From assembly GCA_964016885.1 (NCBI GenBank), contig OZ024746.1, forward strand, positions 12,524,001 through 12,588,000: a stretch of 64,000 nucleotides of DNA, given 5' to 3'. Below the pieces are notes generated by a model. It worked only from the letters and a program-made list of their open reading frames with translations. It was not told where the DNA came from and made no database searches. Within the stretch, counting starts at the first letter, position 1, and each line of letters opens with the position of its first letter. Both the position numbers and the translations under genes were made by a program. Shown in pieces: positions 27,644 through 40,000 of the stretch. The DNA comes from Eledone cirrhosa. Taxonomy: Eukaryota.

Positions 27644-29560
27644 TCACTCACCCTTCGCCTCCTGGGGACCAGGCCGCACGATTTCCATGGGGGTGTTGGA
27701 GGGGTTGTCTGGATGGGTGGTGGTTTCCGGCGGGGTGGGGACGCAGATGTTTGGTGGGGTGGGGTCTGGTGGAATGGGGGTGTCTGGGGTGGGGAGGCAT
27801 TTGAGAAGGACGCGGTTGAGTGGTTTCACGCAGGAATTCCCCACATCCTTCTCAAATGTTTCTTTTAGGGACCTATAAGTTTGTATAGGGACCCTAATCA
27901 GTTTTAGGTTCATTTTTTTGCTATTTTTTATAGAGTGGGCGAAAGTTTTCCCTTCGGTGAAAACCGAAGGGTCGTTCGTAATGGTCTCCATTAGTGTTTT
28001 GTTTTCAGTGTTTATGTAAGTGTAAGTGTAATTTTCTTGTGTTGTGTTTGTTTTTGTCTGTAGTTCTTGTGTGTGCTTTCGTTTTGTTGTAGGTATTTTG
28101 TTTTCAGGAGGTGGGGGTTTTGTTTGTGATATTTTTGTTGTTTGTGTTGGTGGTTGTATGTTTGTGGTAGTGTTTGCTGGTTTTTTGCTTTTGTGATGTC
28201 TTTTCTTTCTTTTCGAGCGATGGGGTTCTCCCTCGTCTTCACTGGGTGATGGCGAGATAGCCTCATCTGTTGTATCGTCTGTGTGATTGGGGAGGGGTAT
28301 GTCTTGGGGAGCTGTTGTGTCTGTATGTGATTTTGCAGTGGTTTTAGGTGGAGTGAGGTTGGGTGGGACTGTGTTTGTTGTGGTTATTTTTGTGTGTTGG
28401 TGTTGTTGTTGTAGTGGTGGTGTTGGTGGTTGTGTTGTTTTGATGGGTGTTGGCAGAAGAGCCTTTTTTTGGTTCATTAGTTTAGGACAGGAAGCCCTCA
28501 GGTGACCCCTGCTAAAGCAATGGTAACATGAAGGCCGCCTACCCTCAACCGAAAGGTTTATGTAGGTAAGTCCGTCCAGGAGTACACGCTGTGGGATCAT
28601 AGCTATTCGCTCTGGGCTCATTTGCACCAGAACTTCAATGCTAGTCCCATTGAATACATCTCTGGGGGACTTGCCTACTGACAGTATTCTGTCTTCATCA
28701 AAATTGATGAAGCCGCACAGTATCCACCATATGTTCACCTTTGGTGTGACACTTGTGATTCTGATCTTTTGTGTCCTTTTTCCCATGTATGTAGGGAAAA
28801 AGGTGTACAGGTTGGATACAATTGGCGACACAGAGTAATTTTGGGCCGTCAATTGATCCTTCATCAGTACCGAAATACTCCCAAAAAGTTTGCTTCTTTG
28901 AATGAATGCAATATCATTCATTGAATCTTTGAAAACCAGTTCAATATCTTTCTGTGACAATTGGACTGGTTTTCGGGTAGAATTGGAAACTGTCCTAAAA
29001 ACTATCGTTTTGAGAGCAGTTTCCTTGCGAATTTCTACCGGAGAATTGATGCTGAAAGCACCATTTTTTTCGAAGGTGACATATCTCTTAGCGTCCTTTA
29101 AAAGGTGTTCAGCATTTGTTATGTCGAGATATATCAATTGTTCTTTCTTTTGAACTTTCTCCGCAAAGGAGATTTTTGGTTTCTTTGTGGAATCCGTATT
29201 GGTGGTGTTGTCATTATTGTTGTTATTCTTGTTGTTATTCTTGTTGTCACCGATGTTGGTATCATCCGTATTTTCCTTGGTGTTGTTGTTGTCTTTGATG
29301 CTGGTGTTATTGGCGTTGTCTTTATTTTTTTCTTTGTTGTTGTTATCATTGTTGCTTTTATCATCATTATTGGTTTTGCTGTTATTTTTGTTGTCATTGA
29401 GCTGTTTGGTGTCATTTGTGTTGTTTGGATGTGAATTCGTTTTTTTATTTTCATTTTGTCTTTCCATCTCTATAGTATCTAGTGAAGAAGACGTTGTTGA
29501 CTGCGAGCTTTGTAGTCTTACCGCCTCTCCACCACCATTATCGTTGGACGCAGCGTTCAT
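27644..29560 (-). CDS. LINE ORF1 (638 aa), gag-like with one CCHC zinc knuckle
   Basis: CYHCFSRGHLRASC knuckle; lies 33 bp upstream of ORF2 on the same strand; N/K/D/T-rich N-terminus and P/T-rich C-terminus. Confidence 0.88.
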   Translation of the reverse strand: MNAASNDNGGGEAVRLQSSQSTTSSSLDTIEMERQNENKKTNSHPNNTNDTKQLNDNKNNSKTNNDDKSNNDNNNKEKNKDNANNTSIKDNNNTKENTDDTNIGDNKNNNKNNNNNDNTTNTDSTKKPKISFAEKVQKKEQLIYLDITNAEHLLKDAKRYVTFEKNGAFSINSPVEIRKETALKTIVFRTVSNSTRKPVQLSQKDIELVFKDSMNDIAFIQRSKLFGSISVLMKDQLTAQNYSVSPIVSNLYTFFPTYMGKRTQKIRITSVTPKVNIWWILCGFINFDEDRILSVGKSPRDVFNGTSIEVLVQMSPERIAMIPQRVLLDGLTYINLSVEGRRPSCYHCFSRGHLRASCPKLMNQKKALLPTPIKTTQPPTPPLQQQHQHTKITTTNTVPPNLTPPKTTAKSHTDTTAPQDIPLPNHTDDTTDEAISPSPSEDEGEPHRSKRKKRHHKSKKPANTTTNIQPPTQTTKISQTKPPPPENKIPTTKRKHTQELQTKTNTTQENYTYTYINTENKTLMETITNDPSVFTEGKTFAHSIKNSKKMNLKLIRVPIQTYRSLKETFEKDVGNSCVKPLNRVLLKCLPTPDTPIPPDPTPPNICVPTPPETTTHPDNPSNTPMEIVRPGPQEAKGE

Positions 29561-29799
29561 AACGTAATCAAAATTTTACAATATTTTTTTCCAAGATTCG
29601 ATGGAGAAAAATTTTTTAAATGGATATTCCGCCCCTGAAGGGGCGAAAATGAGTTGACCCACCACCTGAAGGTCCAGACGGGTGGTCAAGTTACACAATG
29701 ATATAAAATTGAACTAAAAACTTACGTTTTTTCCTTACATAAATTAACGGAAACTTCTCCGCGAAGTGACACACGACTGATAGAGAGAGAGATAGAAGG

Positions 29800-29909
<110 letters not shown>

Positions 29910-31018
29910 CCTTTCAAATGTAATTTTAGTAATAAGATTGCCATGAAGAACCTTTATGTGGATACTCAAAATATTAGATATAGCAACGAAATATACCTCA
30001 AATCACAATGAATACACCTCAATGTTATCCTAGATACTTTAAAAAGAAATGGTTACGACAGGAATGCCGTTGGTCATAGGTCTGCTCAATCAAAACTTGT
30101 GTTCAAACAACAATAACATCACATATTGCCAGGTCTAGTGTGTATGGCAACTTAAATTACGTTATCTGGTTTCGGGTGTGAATACAAACATTATCCAGGA
30201 TTCACTCACATATCTGTGGCATTAATTATCTGGTAGAGAGAATTAAATATATCAGACCAATCTACTTATCGATACTGGCGGAAACGTTAGAGCATCGGTC
30301 ACTATGCTTTGTGATAATTATAGTTCTTTACTCTCAGTGTCCAGATCCCACAGATGTCAACTTTGCTCTTCTTCTTCTTCTTCTTCTTCTTCTTCTTCTT
30401 CTTCTTCTTCTTCTTCTTCTTCTTCTTCTTCTTCTTCTTCTTCTTCTTCGCCCACTTATTCCTGAAAGGGTCGTGGGTGACACAATCCTCAAACACTCCT
30501 TCTAGCGGGTCCTGTCAGAACTGTCGATAAAAAAATTCAGGTTGTGAGATCGATACAGAAGTACCGGGATCGATTTTATCTTGTATACTTTTACCTCAAA
30601 TTTTAGTCCAGTGCCTATGTTTGAAATTAGTATATTGCTAGGGACAAGATGTCGTTAGATCTACCTGGAACTGACTTTCGTATCAATTAAAGTCTATTAA
30701 ATATGTACCTGTAATATACTGTGGGTAGATCCGTCGACTATACCTTATTCATTCATAAAGTTGAGCATACTCAAATATCTTTCTCGATTTTTTTTCTTCT
30801 ATTTTCTTTGGTTTTATTACATCAGATTAAAGGGTTAGGGTTAGGGAAAGGCTAAAGACTCCTTTCGGTCACGAATGACTATGGGAATGACTTTGTACCT
30901 AGAAAGTGCCCCCCCCCCAGTCTGGGCAAGGTTGTTTGTGGAAGACCAGCAGTCGCCCAGGCATACTAGTCTCCCCTCTCCACGCCACCGATGTTGTCCA
31001 GAGAAAGGCAATGACCAA

Positions 31019-31370
31019 TACAGCTTGGCACCAGTGACATCACAACTCATTACAGCTTGGCATCAGTGACATCACAACTCATTACATCTTGGCACCAGTG
31101 ACATCACAACTCATTACAGCTTGGCACCAGTGACATCACAACTCATTACAGCTTGGCATCAGTGACATCACAACTCATTACATCTTGGCACCAGTGACAT
31201 CACAACTCATTACAGCTTGGCATCAGTGACATCACAACTCATTACATCTTGGCACCAGTGACATCACAACTCATTACAGCTTGGCACCAGTGACATCACA
31301 ACTCATTACAGCTTGGCATCAGTGACATCACAACTCATTACAGCTTGGCACCAGTGACATCACAACTCAT
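31019..31370. repeat. 11 x 32-bp minisatellite within a SINE-like repeat
   Basis: Unit TACAGCTTGGCA(C/T)CAGTGACATCACAACTCAT. Confidence 0.92.
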
Positions 31371-32659
31371 TTCTACAGCTGAGTAAACAAAAGCAACGTG
31401 AAATGAAATGTCTTCCTCAAGGACACAACGTATCATCCTGTCCGACAAAATGAAGCTGAGAATGGATGAATCTATAGACTATCAGGCGTCGGTTTGTTTC
31501 TTGTAATCCCCACTGTGTTGTGTTCTAATTGACTAACCGTAAGTGGCTATGACAGACTGATATAATTCGCCGCTATAAACAGTAGAAACGTACATTTGAT
31601 AAGTAAGTGTTTTTACAACATCTGTGCTAAATCTGGTATCTGCCCTAAGTTTTAACCCAAATATGTACCCCATTGCTTGCACTTCCTGACTCGTTGCAAT
31701 AGAAACGCGGGTGTAACGAGCGATCTTGTTTTAACTTGGTCAGTGGAACAGAAATATTTTGATAGTAGTTGAAGATATAAACAAAAAAATCTAAATCTCC
31801 GCTCTTTTCTTATAATATATTAAGATATATATTTGTGTGTGTATTGACGCAAGATGAAATGTAGGTACCCTTAGTAAAGGTGTAACTCCTCTACCAAATA
31901 TAACAGGAAGACATTACTTGCAAAAGTGCTGCAGAACAGAAGGTAAACAAATGGAATGGAGTCCAATATCAGATTTCAGTTGCCAGGAATAACAATTCTT
32001 ATTACATCATCATGGATACTAGAAAAAGCAACATACATTCATACACTCACACTCACTCTCACCCTCTCTCTCTCTCTCTCTCTCACTCACTCTATCTCAT
32101 CTTCACCCTCACTCTCTCACCCTCTCCCTCACTCTCTCACCCCATTCTCTCTCACCCTCACCCTCGCTCACCCGCTCCCTTTCTCAAATACACTCTCTCT
32201 ACTCTCTCTCTCTCGCTCTCCTCACCCTCTCTCCAATCTCTCTCTCATCCCCTCTCTCTCTCTCGCTCTCCTCACCCTCTCTCTCATCTCTCTCTCACCC
32301 CCCCCTCTCTCTCTTTCTCACTCCCTCCCTCACAGCCCTTATGAATCTCGGGAATGGTTTTATAATGGAACCCAGTTAATCTTTTTTAAAGGACATTAAC
32401 AACTGTTGCCCTGTGGTCAATTAGGCGGGTTACCTTTGGTCTCAAAAGGTTAACTCAGTTGACAGGCTCGTATAATATATTTTTACTGGTTTTAATCATT
32501 GAATTTCGGCCATTCTGGGGCACTACCTTCAATTATTTAGTCACTCATATCGACCCCCAATATTTTTTTTGTTTTCTTTTTAAGTTTGATACACACTCTA
32601 CTGAGCTCTGGCTGTCGAATTGCAAATATACAACACCGGTTGTTAAGCGGTGTACTCGT

Positions 32660-32738
<79 letters not shown>

Positions 32739-33127
32739 GTAGATAAATCTACCAAGAGTTTACGGTAGTGTCCAATCCGTATGAAGAACTCAATGTATTC
32801 CGGATATCATGGAAAGAAGAGATGTAATGAAAAATCACTTTCGGTGAAAGATAAACGGTATACAGAGTCAAGATAAAATATTAAACAAATAATGAATAAA
32901 CAATTCCTTATATTAAACAAAAAAAGTTCATTATTTAACGATCGTTTCTAGGATATATATGTGTTAGAGTTGGCATGCATATTCAACAGATCTATGTACA
33001 AAATTATACAAAATTATACAAACTATCAAGATTAAATATACATACCAACACATATATATGCCGTCTTCAGACGCATATAGTGCTAATTTTGGTACCTTCC
33101 TCAGTAAACCATAAATCTACTGGATCC

Positions 33128-33162
<35 letters not shown>

Positions 33163-33164
<2 letters not shown>

Positions 33165-33310
33165 TATTTCTGAAGACGGCATATATATGTGTTGGTATGT
33201 ATATTTAATCTTGATAGTTTGTATAATTTTGTATAATTTTGTACATAGATCTGTTGAATATGCATGCCAACTCTAACACATATATATCCTAGAAACGATC
33301 GTTAAATAAT
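33163..33310 (+). ncRNA. Type I hammerhead with ~115-nt helix II insertion (copies on - at ~32930-33070 and 57413-57549)
   Basis: ATTATTT-CTGAAGA-[long stem catatatatgtgtt...aacacatatatat]-GAAA-CGATCG-TT-AAATAAT. Confidence 0.72.
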
Positions 33311-33358
33311 GAACTTTTTTTGTTTAATATAAGGAATTGTTTATTCATTATTTGTTTA

Positions 33359-33403
<45 letters not shown>

Positions 33404-33550
33404 AACAAAACGAGGTACGAAAGTATTAGGCATAGTTTAACTCAGTAAAAACTTCAATGTGAAACTTCGTTTTCATCTTTATATACTCTACTATAGCATA
33501 GAGTGCTAATTTTGGTACCTTCCTCAGTAAACCATAAATCTACTGGATCC

Positions 33551-33604
<54 letters not shown>

Positions 33605-33615
33605 CCATTACAAGG

Positions 33616-33700
33616 GGTCTGACGAGCCACAGATTACAGAGTCGGATCAGATCGATACAGATCGAACCTTGAGCTGATAAGTGGCGAAACGCGCGTCACC
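33616..33700 (+). ncRNA. Minimal type I hammerhead ribozyme
   Basis: GGT-CTGACGA-GCCAC...GTGGC-GAAA-CGCGCG-TC-ACC between (TA)n tracts. Confidence 0.8.
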
Positions 33701-33949
33701 AACCAATAAACGTAATGAAGAAGTAACCAATCGTCCGTGTTATTTTATTTCACTATATATATATATATGTTTGTGTCTATATTGTATCTGTATTATTTTT
33801 GACCGTCGGTCAGTCAATGGCAACATTGAGGACCGAGTAAGTTAGATTGCAGATATAAAAGACAGCGAGAAGCGAAAACCAACCAAACAGTGAGTGTGTT
33901 CTGTTATTAATTCTGGCAATATTACACAAATAAGACCCTCCCCAAGTAT

Positions 33950-34046
<97 letters not shown>

Positions 34047-34271
34047 CAATATCGGAGAAAGCTTTTTAGCGATACTCAGGCCAAATTCCAACTCACTCAA
34101 CAAACATTAGGAAATAAGTGATTATATTCCCATTTATGCGTTCGGGGTGCTAACTAAAAGTATTGCGTGGAAAATTGGCTGTATTATTTCATATGAGACA
34201 TATCGAATATATATATATATATATATATATATTTCATTTCTGAATTTGGCAACATGACCCTCCCAAAGTAT

Positions 34272-34329
<58 letters not shown>

Positions 34330-34423
34330 CGTTTAATTAGGAATATACTCAGGTATTTCCTAATGTTTATTGAGTGAGTTGGAATTTGGCCGGAGTATCG
34401 CAAAAAAGCTTTCTCCGATTATG

Positions 34424-34487
<64 letters not shown>

Positions 34488-34643
34488 ATATATCTCATAT
34501 GAAATGATACAGCCAATTTTCCACACAATACAATTAGTTACCACCCCGAACGTTTAATTAGGAATATACTCAGGTATTTCCTAATGTTTGTTGAGTGAGT
34601 TGGAATTTGGCCGGAGTATCGCTATTAGCTTTCTCCGATTATG

Positions 34644-34763
<120 letters not shown>

Positions 34764-34875
34764 AGTATGTGTGTATACGTATGTACATACATATATACGT
34801 ATACACACATACTTACATTTAAGTAAGTGCCGTACTATGAGTGAGAAATGAAATTTCGTTTTCATTTTATTTCAA

Positions 34876-34913
<38 letters not shown>

Positions 34914-34916
34914 TGA

Positions 34917-35966
34917 TAATAATGGAGCTGCGGCGCTGCAAATGGGTTACATATGAAAAAGTTTGTCCTCATCAGTGGCCATCCAACCGTCGTAGGCATT
35001 TCGTCGCATTAGAGGCCATATACCCCAGGTTGGTGCGAGCAACGGCTAAAAAAAAGTCGTTGGGACACGTAAATAAGGGGGACGCTAGGGTAAACGAACA
35101 AAATGGTTTAAGCAGCAGAAAGTAATGAAGAAGGAAACAAGTCCCAGATTTCTATGAATATAAATTCGGTGAAATGGTGAACGAGAGAATAAAGACCATC
35201 AAACCTGGTTGAAATGTGAGCAAGGAAGTAATTTCGCACAGGTCTAACGGGAGGAAGAAGGGGTCTGGTCTGCGAATTCGGTAAACATAAGTTCTGTGAA
35301 GTCGCAGACGAGAGAGAGAGAGAGAAAAAAAATTCATACCGGCTTGGCCAAGTGCCCGCGAGAAAAGGAATACGGGCAGGTCAAACGGGAAGAAAGGGGA
35401 GGAGGAGAGGTAGTGACAGAGAGTGAGTGAATGAAAGGTGAGGAAGAGGCTAACAGAGAGAGAGACTGCTAGAAAGGGTAAAGACACAAAGAACGAAACG
35501 GACTGGTGGCAGCAGAGGAAAATTATATGTGTAAATATAATAATGGAGCTGCGGCGCTGCAAATGGGTTACATATGAAAAAGTTTGTCCTCATCAGTGGC
35601 CATCCAACCGTCTGTGACTTCACAGAACTTATGTTTACCGAATTCGCAGACCAGACCCCTTCTTCCTCCCGTTAGACCTGTGCGAAATTCCTTCCTTGCT
35701 CACATTTCAACCAGGTTTGATGGTCTTTATTCTCTCGTTCACGATTTCACTGAATTTATATTCATAGAAATCTGGGACTTGTTTCCTTCTTCATTACTTT
35801 CTGCTGCTTAAACCATTTTGTTCGTTTACCCTAGCGTCCCCCTTATTTACGTGTCCCAACGACTTTTTTTAGCCGTTGCTCGCACAAACCTGAGGTATAT
35901 GGCCTCTAATGCGACGAAATGCCTACGACGGTTGGATGGCCACTGATGAGGACAAACTTTTTCATA
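34917..35966. mobile_element. Non-coding PLE-like element with partial-tandem plus inverted structure
   Basis: 34917-34990 is directly repeated at 35538-35611; 35612-35965 is the reverse complement of ~34951-35305; (TA)n on both sides; related diverged copy at 36250-36420. Confidence 0.65.
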
Positions 35967-36155
35967 TATATATATATATATATATACTCAGCTGGTTTCC
36001 CCATAATTTGCATCTACCAAATTTCTCTCACAAGGCGTTGTTCAACCTGGGGCGCAATAGTAGAAAACGTTTGCCCAAGTTGCCATGTAGTGGTACCGGA
36101 GTCAATACCTTTTAAACCTCAGAGCCATACACACACGCACACATACCACACTTAC

Positions 36156-36221
<66 letters not shown>

Positions 36222-36431
36222 GAGAAGAAAGAATACTGCGTGGTTTGCACATGGGTTACATATGATAAAAATAGTCCTTCGTCAGTGATTTTCTAACCAT
36301 CATTGGTATTTCATCGCATTAAAAATCAGATACCTCAGGTTGGTGCGAGCAATAATCTAAAAAAAGTTATTGGGACCAGTAATCGCGTAAAGCGAGGGGG
36401 ACAAGTGAACAACATAGAAGGATAAAAACAA

Positions 36432-36562
<131 letters not shown>

Positions 36563-36599
36563 TGTGTGTGTTTGTGTGTGTGTGTGTGTAGTAATTGAC

Positions 36600-37080
36600 C
36601 GATAATTTTTTAAGCCGGTACTATGCGGCAAATGATGACAAATGAAACAAAACAGTCCTATATGGTGACCTCAATCTCTTGGTTGTGTCATCTGTCAAGT
36701 TGTTTCTTTTTAATGGAAGAGATTCTCATTGTTACGTGCTCTTTGATCCGTATGTGTAGCCGCCTTATGGTACTTCTGATGTATGAGGAGTTGCATATTT
36801 TGCATGTGATCTTATAGACCACATATGTTCTCGTGCGCACTTCTGCGTTGTTGACGCGATCTCTTTATTGAGGGTCCCAAGTGTACCAGACGTATATTTG
36901 GTCCCTCCCTACGAATAGTTTTTCTGATGGCAGCTGCCGTCGTCTCATTGAAGTTTAGCAGCTTTAGGTAACTTATGTTATCTGTAGAAGCGCGTGTCCT
37001 CCTTGTTCTTTTAAGTGTTGCCGTCTCGGCATTTCATTGTTTGGAGGAAAGTAGAGTTGCCGTTTTCGGTGAGAAGTCTT
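36600..37080 (-). pseudogene. Penelope-like GIY-YIG endonuclease/thumb fragment
   Basis: Minus strand reads VVYKITCKICNSSYIRSTIRRLHIRIKEH (~36735-36825) and RLLTENGN (LxxNGY-like) at ~37055-37080. Confidence 0.75.
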
Positions 37081-40000
37081 TAGAATTCTACCGTGCTGGT
37101 ATGTCTGTCCCTACCTTCACTGCATCTATTGCAGGTACATGAGAAGTCTTTAGAATTCTACCGTGCTGGTATGTCTGTCGCTTCCTTCACTGCATCTATT
37201 GCAGGTACATGAGAAGTCTTTAGAATTCTACCGTGCTGGTATGTCTGTCGCTTCCTTCACTGCATCTATTGCAGGTACATGAGAAGTCTTTAGAATTCTA
37301 CCGTGCTGGTATGTCTGTCCCTACCCTCACTGCATCTATTGCAGGTACATGAGAAGTCTTTAGAATTCTACCGTGCTGGTATGTCTGTCGCTTCCTTCAC
37401 TGCATCTATTGCAGGTACATGAGAAGTCTTTAGAATTCTACCGTGCTGGTATGTCTGTCGCTTCCTTCACTGCATCTATTGCAGGTACATGAGAAGTCTT
37501 TAGAATTCTACCGTGCTGATATGTCTGTCGCTTCCTTCACTGCATCTATTGCAGGTACATGAGAAGTCTTTAGAATTCTACCGTGCTGGTATGTCTGTCC
37601 CTACCTTCACTGCATCTATTGCAGGTACATGAGAAGTCTTTAGAATTCTACCGTGCTGGTATGTCTGTCCCTACCTTCACTGCATCTATTGCAGGTACAT
37701 GAGAAGTCTTTAGAATTCTACCGTGCTGGTATGTCTGTCCCTACCTTCACTGCATCTATTGCAGGTACATGAGAAGTCTTTAGAATTCTACCGTGCTGGT
37801 ATGTCTGTCCCTACCCTCACTGCATCTATTGCAGGTACATGAGAAGTCTTTAGAATTCTACCGTGCTGGTATGTCTGTCGCTTCCTTCACTGCATCTATT
37901 GCAGGTACATGAGAAGTCTTTAGAATTCTACCGTGCTGGTATGTCTGTCGCTTCCTTCACTGCATCTATTGTAGGTACATGAGAAGTCTTTAGAATTCTA
38001 CCGTGCTGGTATGTCTGTCGCTTCCTTCACTGCATCTATTGCAGGTACATGAGAAGTCTTTAGAATTCTACCGTGCTGGTATGTCTGTCCCTACCTTCAC
38101 TGCATCTATTGCAGGTACATGAGAAGTCTTTAGAATTCTACCGTGCTGGTATGTCTGTCCCTACCCTCACTGCATCTATTGCAGGTACATGAGAAGTCTT
38201 TAGAATTCTACCGTGCTGGTATGTCTGTCCCTACCTTCACTGCATCTATTGCAGGTACATGAGAAGTCTTTAGAATTCTACCGTGCTGGTATGTCTGTCC
38301 CTACCCTCACTGCATCTATTGCAGGTACATGAGAAGTCTTTAGAATTCTACCGTGCTGGTATGTCTGTCGCTTCCTTCACTGCATCTATTGCAGGTACAT
38401 GAGAAGTCTTTAGAATTCTACCGTGCTGGTATGTCTGTCCCTACCTTCACTGCATCTATTGCAGGTACATGAGAAGTCTTTAGAATTCTACCGTGCTGGT
38501 ATGTCTGTCCCTACCTTCACTGCATCTATTGCAGGTACATGAGAAGTCTTTAGAATTCTACCGTGCTGGTATGTCTGTCCCTACCTTCACTGCATCTATT
38601 GCAGGTACATGAGAAGTCTTTAGAATTCTACCGTGCTGGTATGTCTGTCCCTACCTTCACTGCATCTATTGCAGGTACATGAGAAGTCTTTAGAATTCTA
38701 CCGTGCTGGTATGTCTGTCCCTACCCTCACTGCATCTATTGCAGGTACATGAGAAGTCTTTAGAATTCTACCGTGCTGGTATGTCTGTCGCTTCCTTCAC
38801 TGCATCTATTGCAGGTACATGAGAAGTCTTTAGAATTCTACCGTGCTGGTATGTCTGTCGCTTCCTTCACTGCATCTATTGCAGGTACATGAGAAGTCTT
38901 TAGAATTCTACCGTGCTGGTATGTCTGTCCCTACCTTCACTGCATCTATTGCAGGTACATGAGAAGTCTTTAGAATTCTACCGTGCTGGTATGTCTGTCC
39001 CTACCTTCACTGCATCTATTGCAGGTACATGAGAAGTCTTTAGAATTCTACCGTGCTGGTATGTCTGTCCCTACCCTCACTGCATCTATTGCAGGTACAT
39101 GAGAAGTCTTTAGAATTCTACCGTGCTGGTATGTCTGTCGCTTCCTTCACTGCATCTATTGCAGGTACATGAGAAGTCTTTAGAATTCTACCGTGCTGGT
39201 ATGTCTGTCGCTTCCTTCACTGCATCTATTGCAGGTACATGAGAAGTCTTTAGAATTCTACCGTGCTGGTATGTCTGTCCCTACCTTCACTGCATCTATT
39301 GCAGGTACATGAGAAGTCTTTAGAATTCTACCGTGCTGGTATGTCTGTCCCTACCTTCACTGCATCTATTGCAGGTACATGAGAAGTCTTTAGAATTCTA
39401 CCGTGCTGGTATGTCTGTCCCTACCTTCACTGCATCTATTGCAGGTACATGAGAAGTCTTTAGAATTCTACCGTGCTGGTATGTCTGTCCCTACCTTCAC
39501 TGCATCTATTGCAGGTACATGAGAAGTCTTTAGAATTCTACCGTGCTGGTATGTCTGTCCCTACCTTCACTGCATCTATTGCAGGTACATGAGAAGTCTT
39601 TAGAATTCTACCGTGCTGGTATGTCTGTCCCTACCCTCACTGCATCTATTGCAGGTACATGAGAAGTCTTTAGAATTCTACCGTGCTGGTATGTCTGTCG
39701 CTTCCTTCACTGCATCTATTGCAGGTACATGAGAAGTCTTTAGAATTCTACCGTGCTGGTATGTCTGTCCCTACCCTCACTGCATCTATTGCAGGTACAT
39801 GAGAAGTCTTTAGAATTCTACCGTGCTGGTATGTCTGTCGCTTCCTTCACTGCATCTATTGCAGGTACATGAGAAGTCTTTAGAATTCTACCGTGCTGGT
39901 ATGTCTGTCCCTACCCTCACTGCATCTATTGCAGGTACATGAGAAGTCTTTAGAATTCTACCGTGCTGGTATGTCTGTCGCTTCCTTCACTGCATCTATT

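Larger units (their letters stand above)
23934..29796 (-). mobile_element. Full-length L1/Tx1-clade non-LTR retrotransposon, antisense in CA intron 1
   Basis: Two intact ORFs, 3' AATAAA near 23940-23945 (- strand), hairpin-rich 5' UTR (29625-29692), candidate TSD AGGTAGATAGATA at 23921-23933 and 29797-29809. Confidence 0.88.

Noticed and set aside
24237-29567. Short ORFs overlapping the LINE on the opposite strand or in other frames
   Set aside because: Shadows of GC-rich LINE coding sequence with no independent motifs.
30829-30846. Interstitial telomeric repeat
   Set aside because: Only about two TTAGGG units.
34930-35070. HDV-like ribozyme on the + strand (TCCTC loop-like sequence, GGCTAA)
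   Set aside because: P1.1 GG and P2 pairing could not be built; GGCTAA lies in a separate local hairpin.
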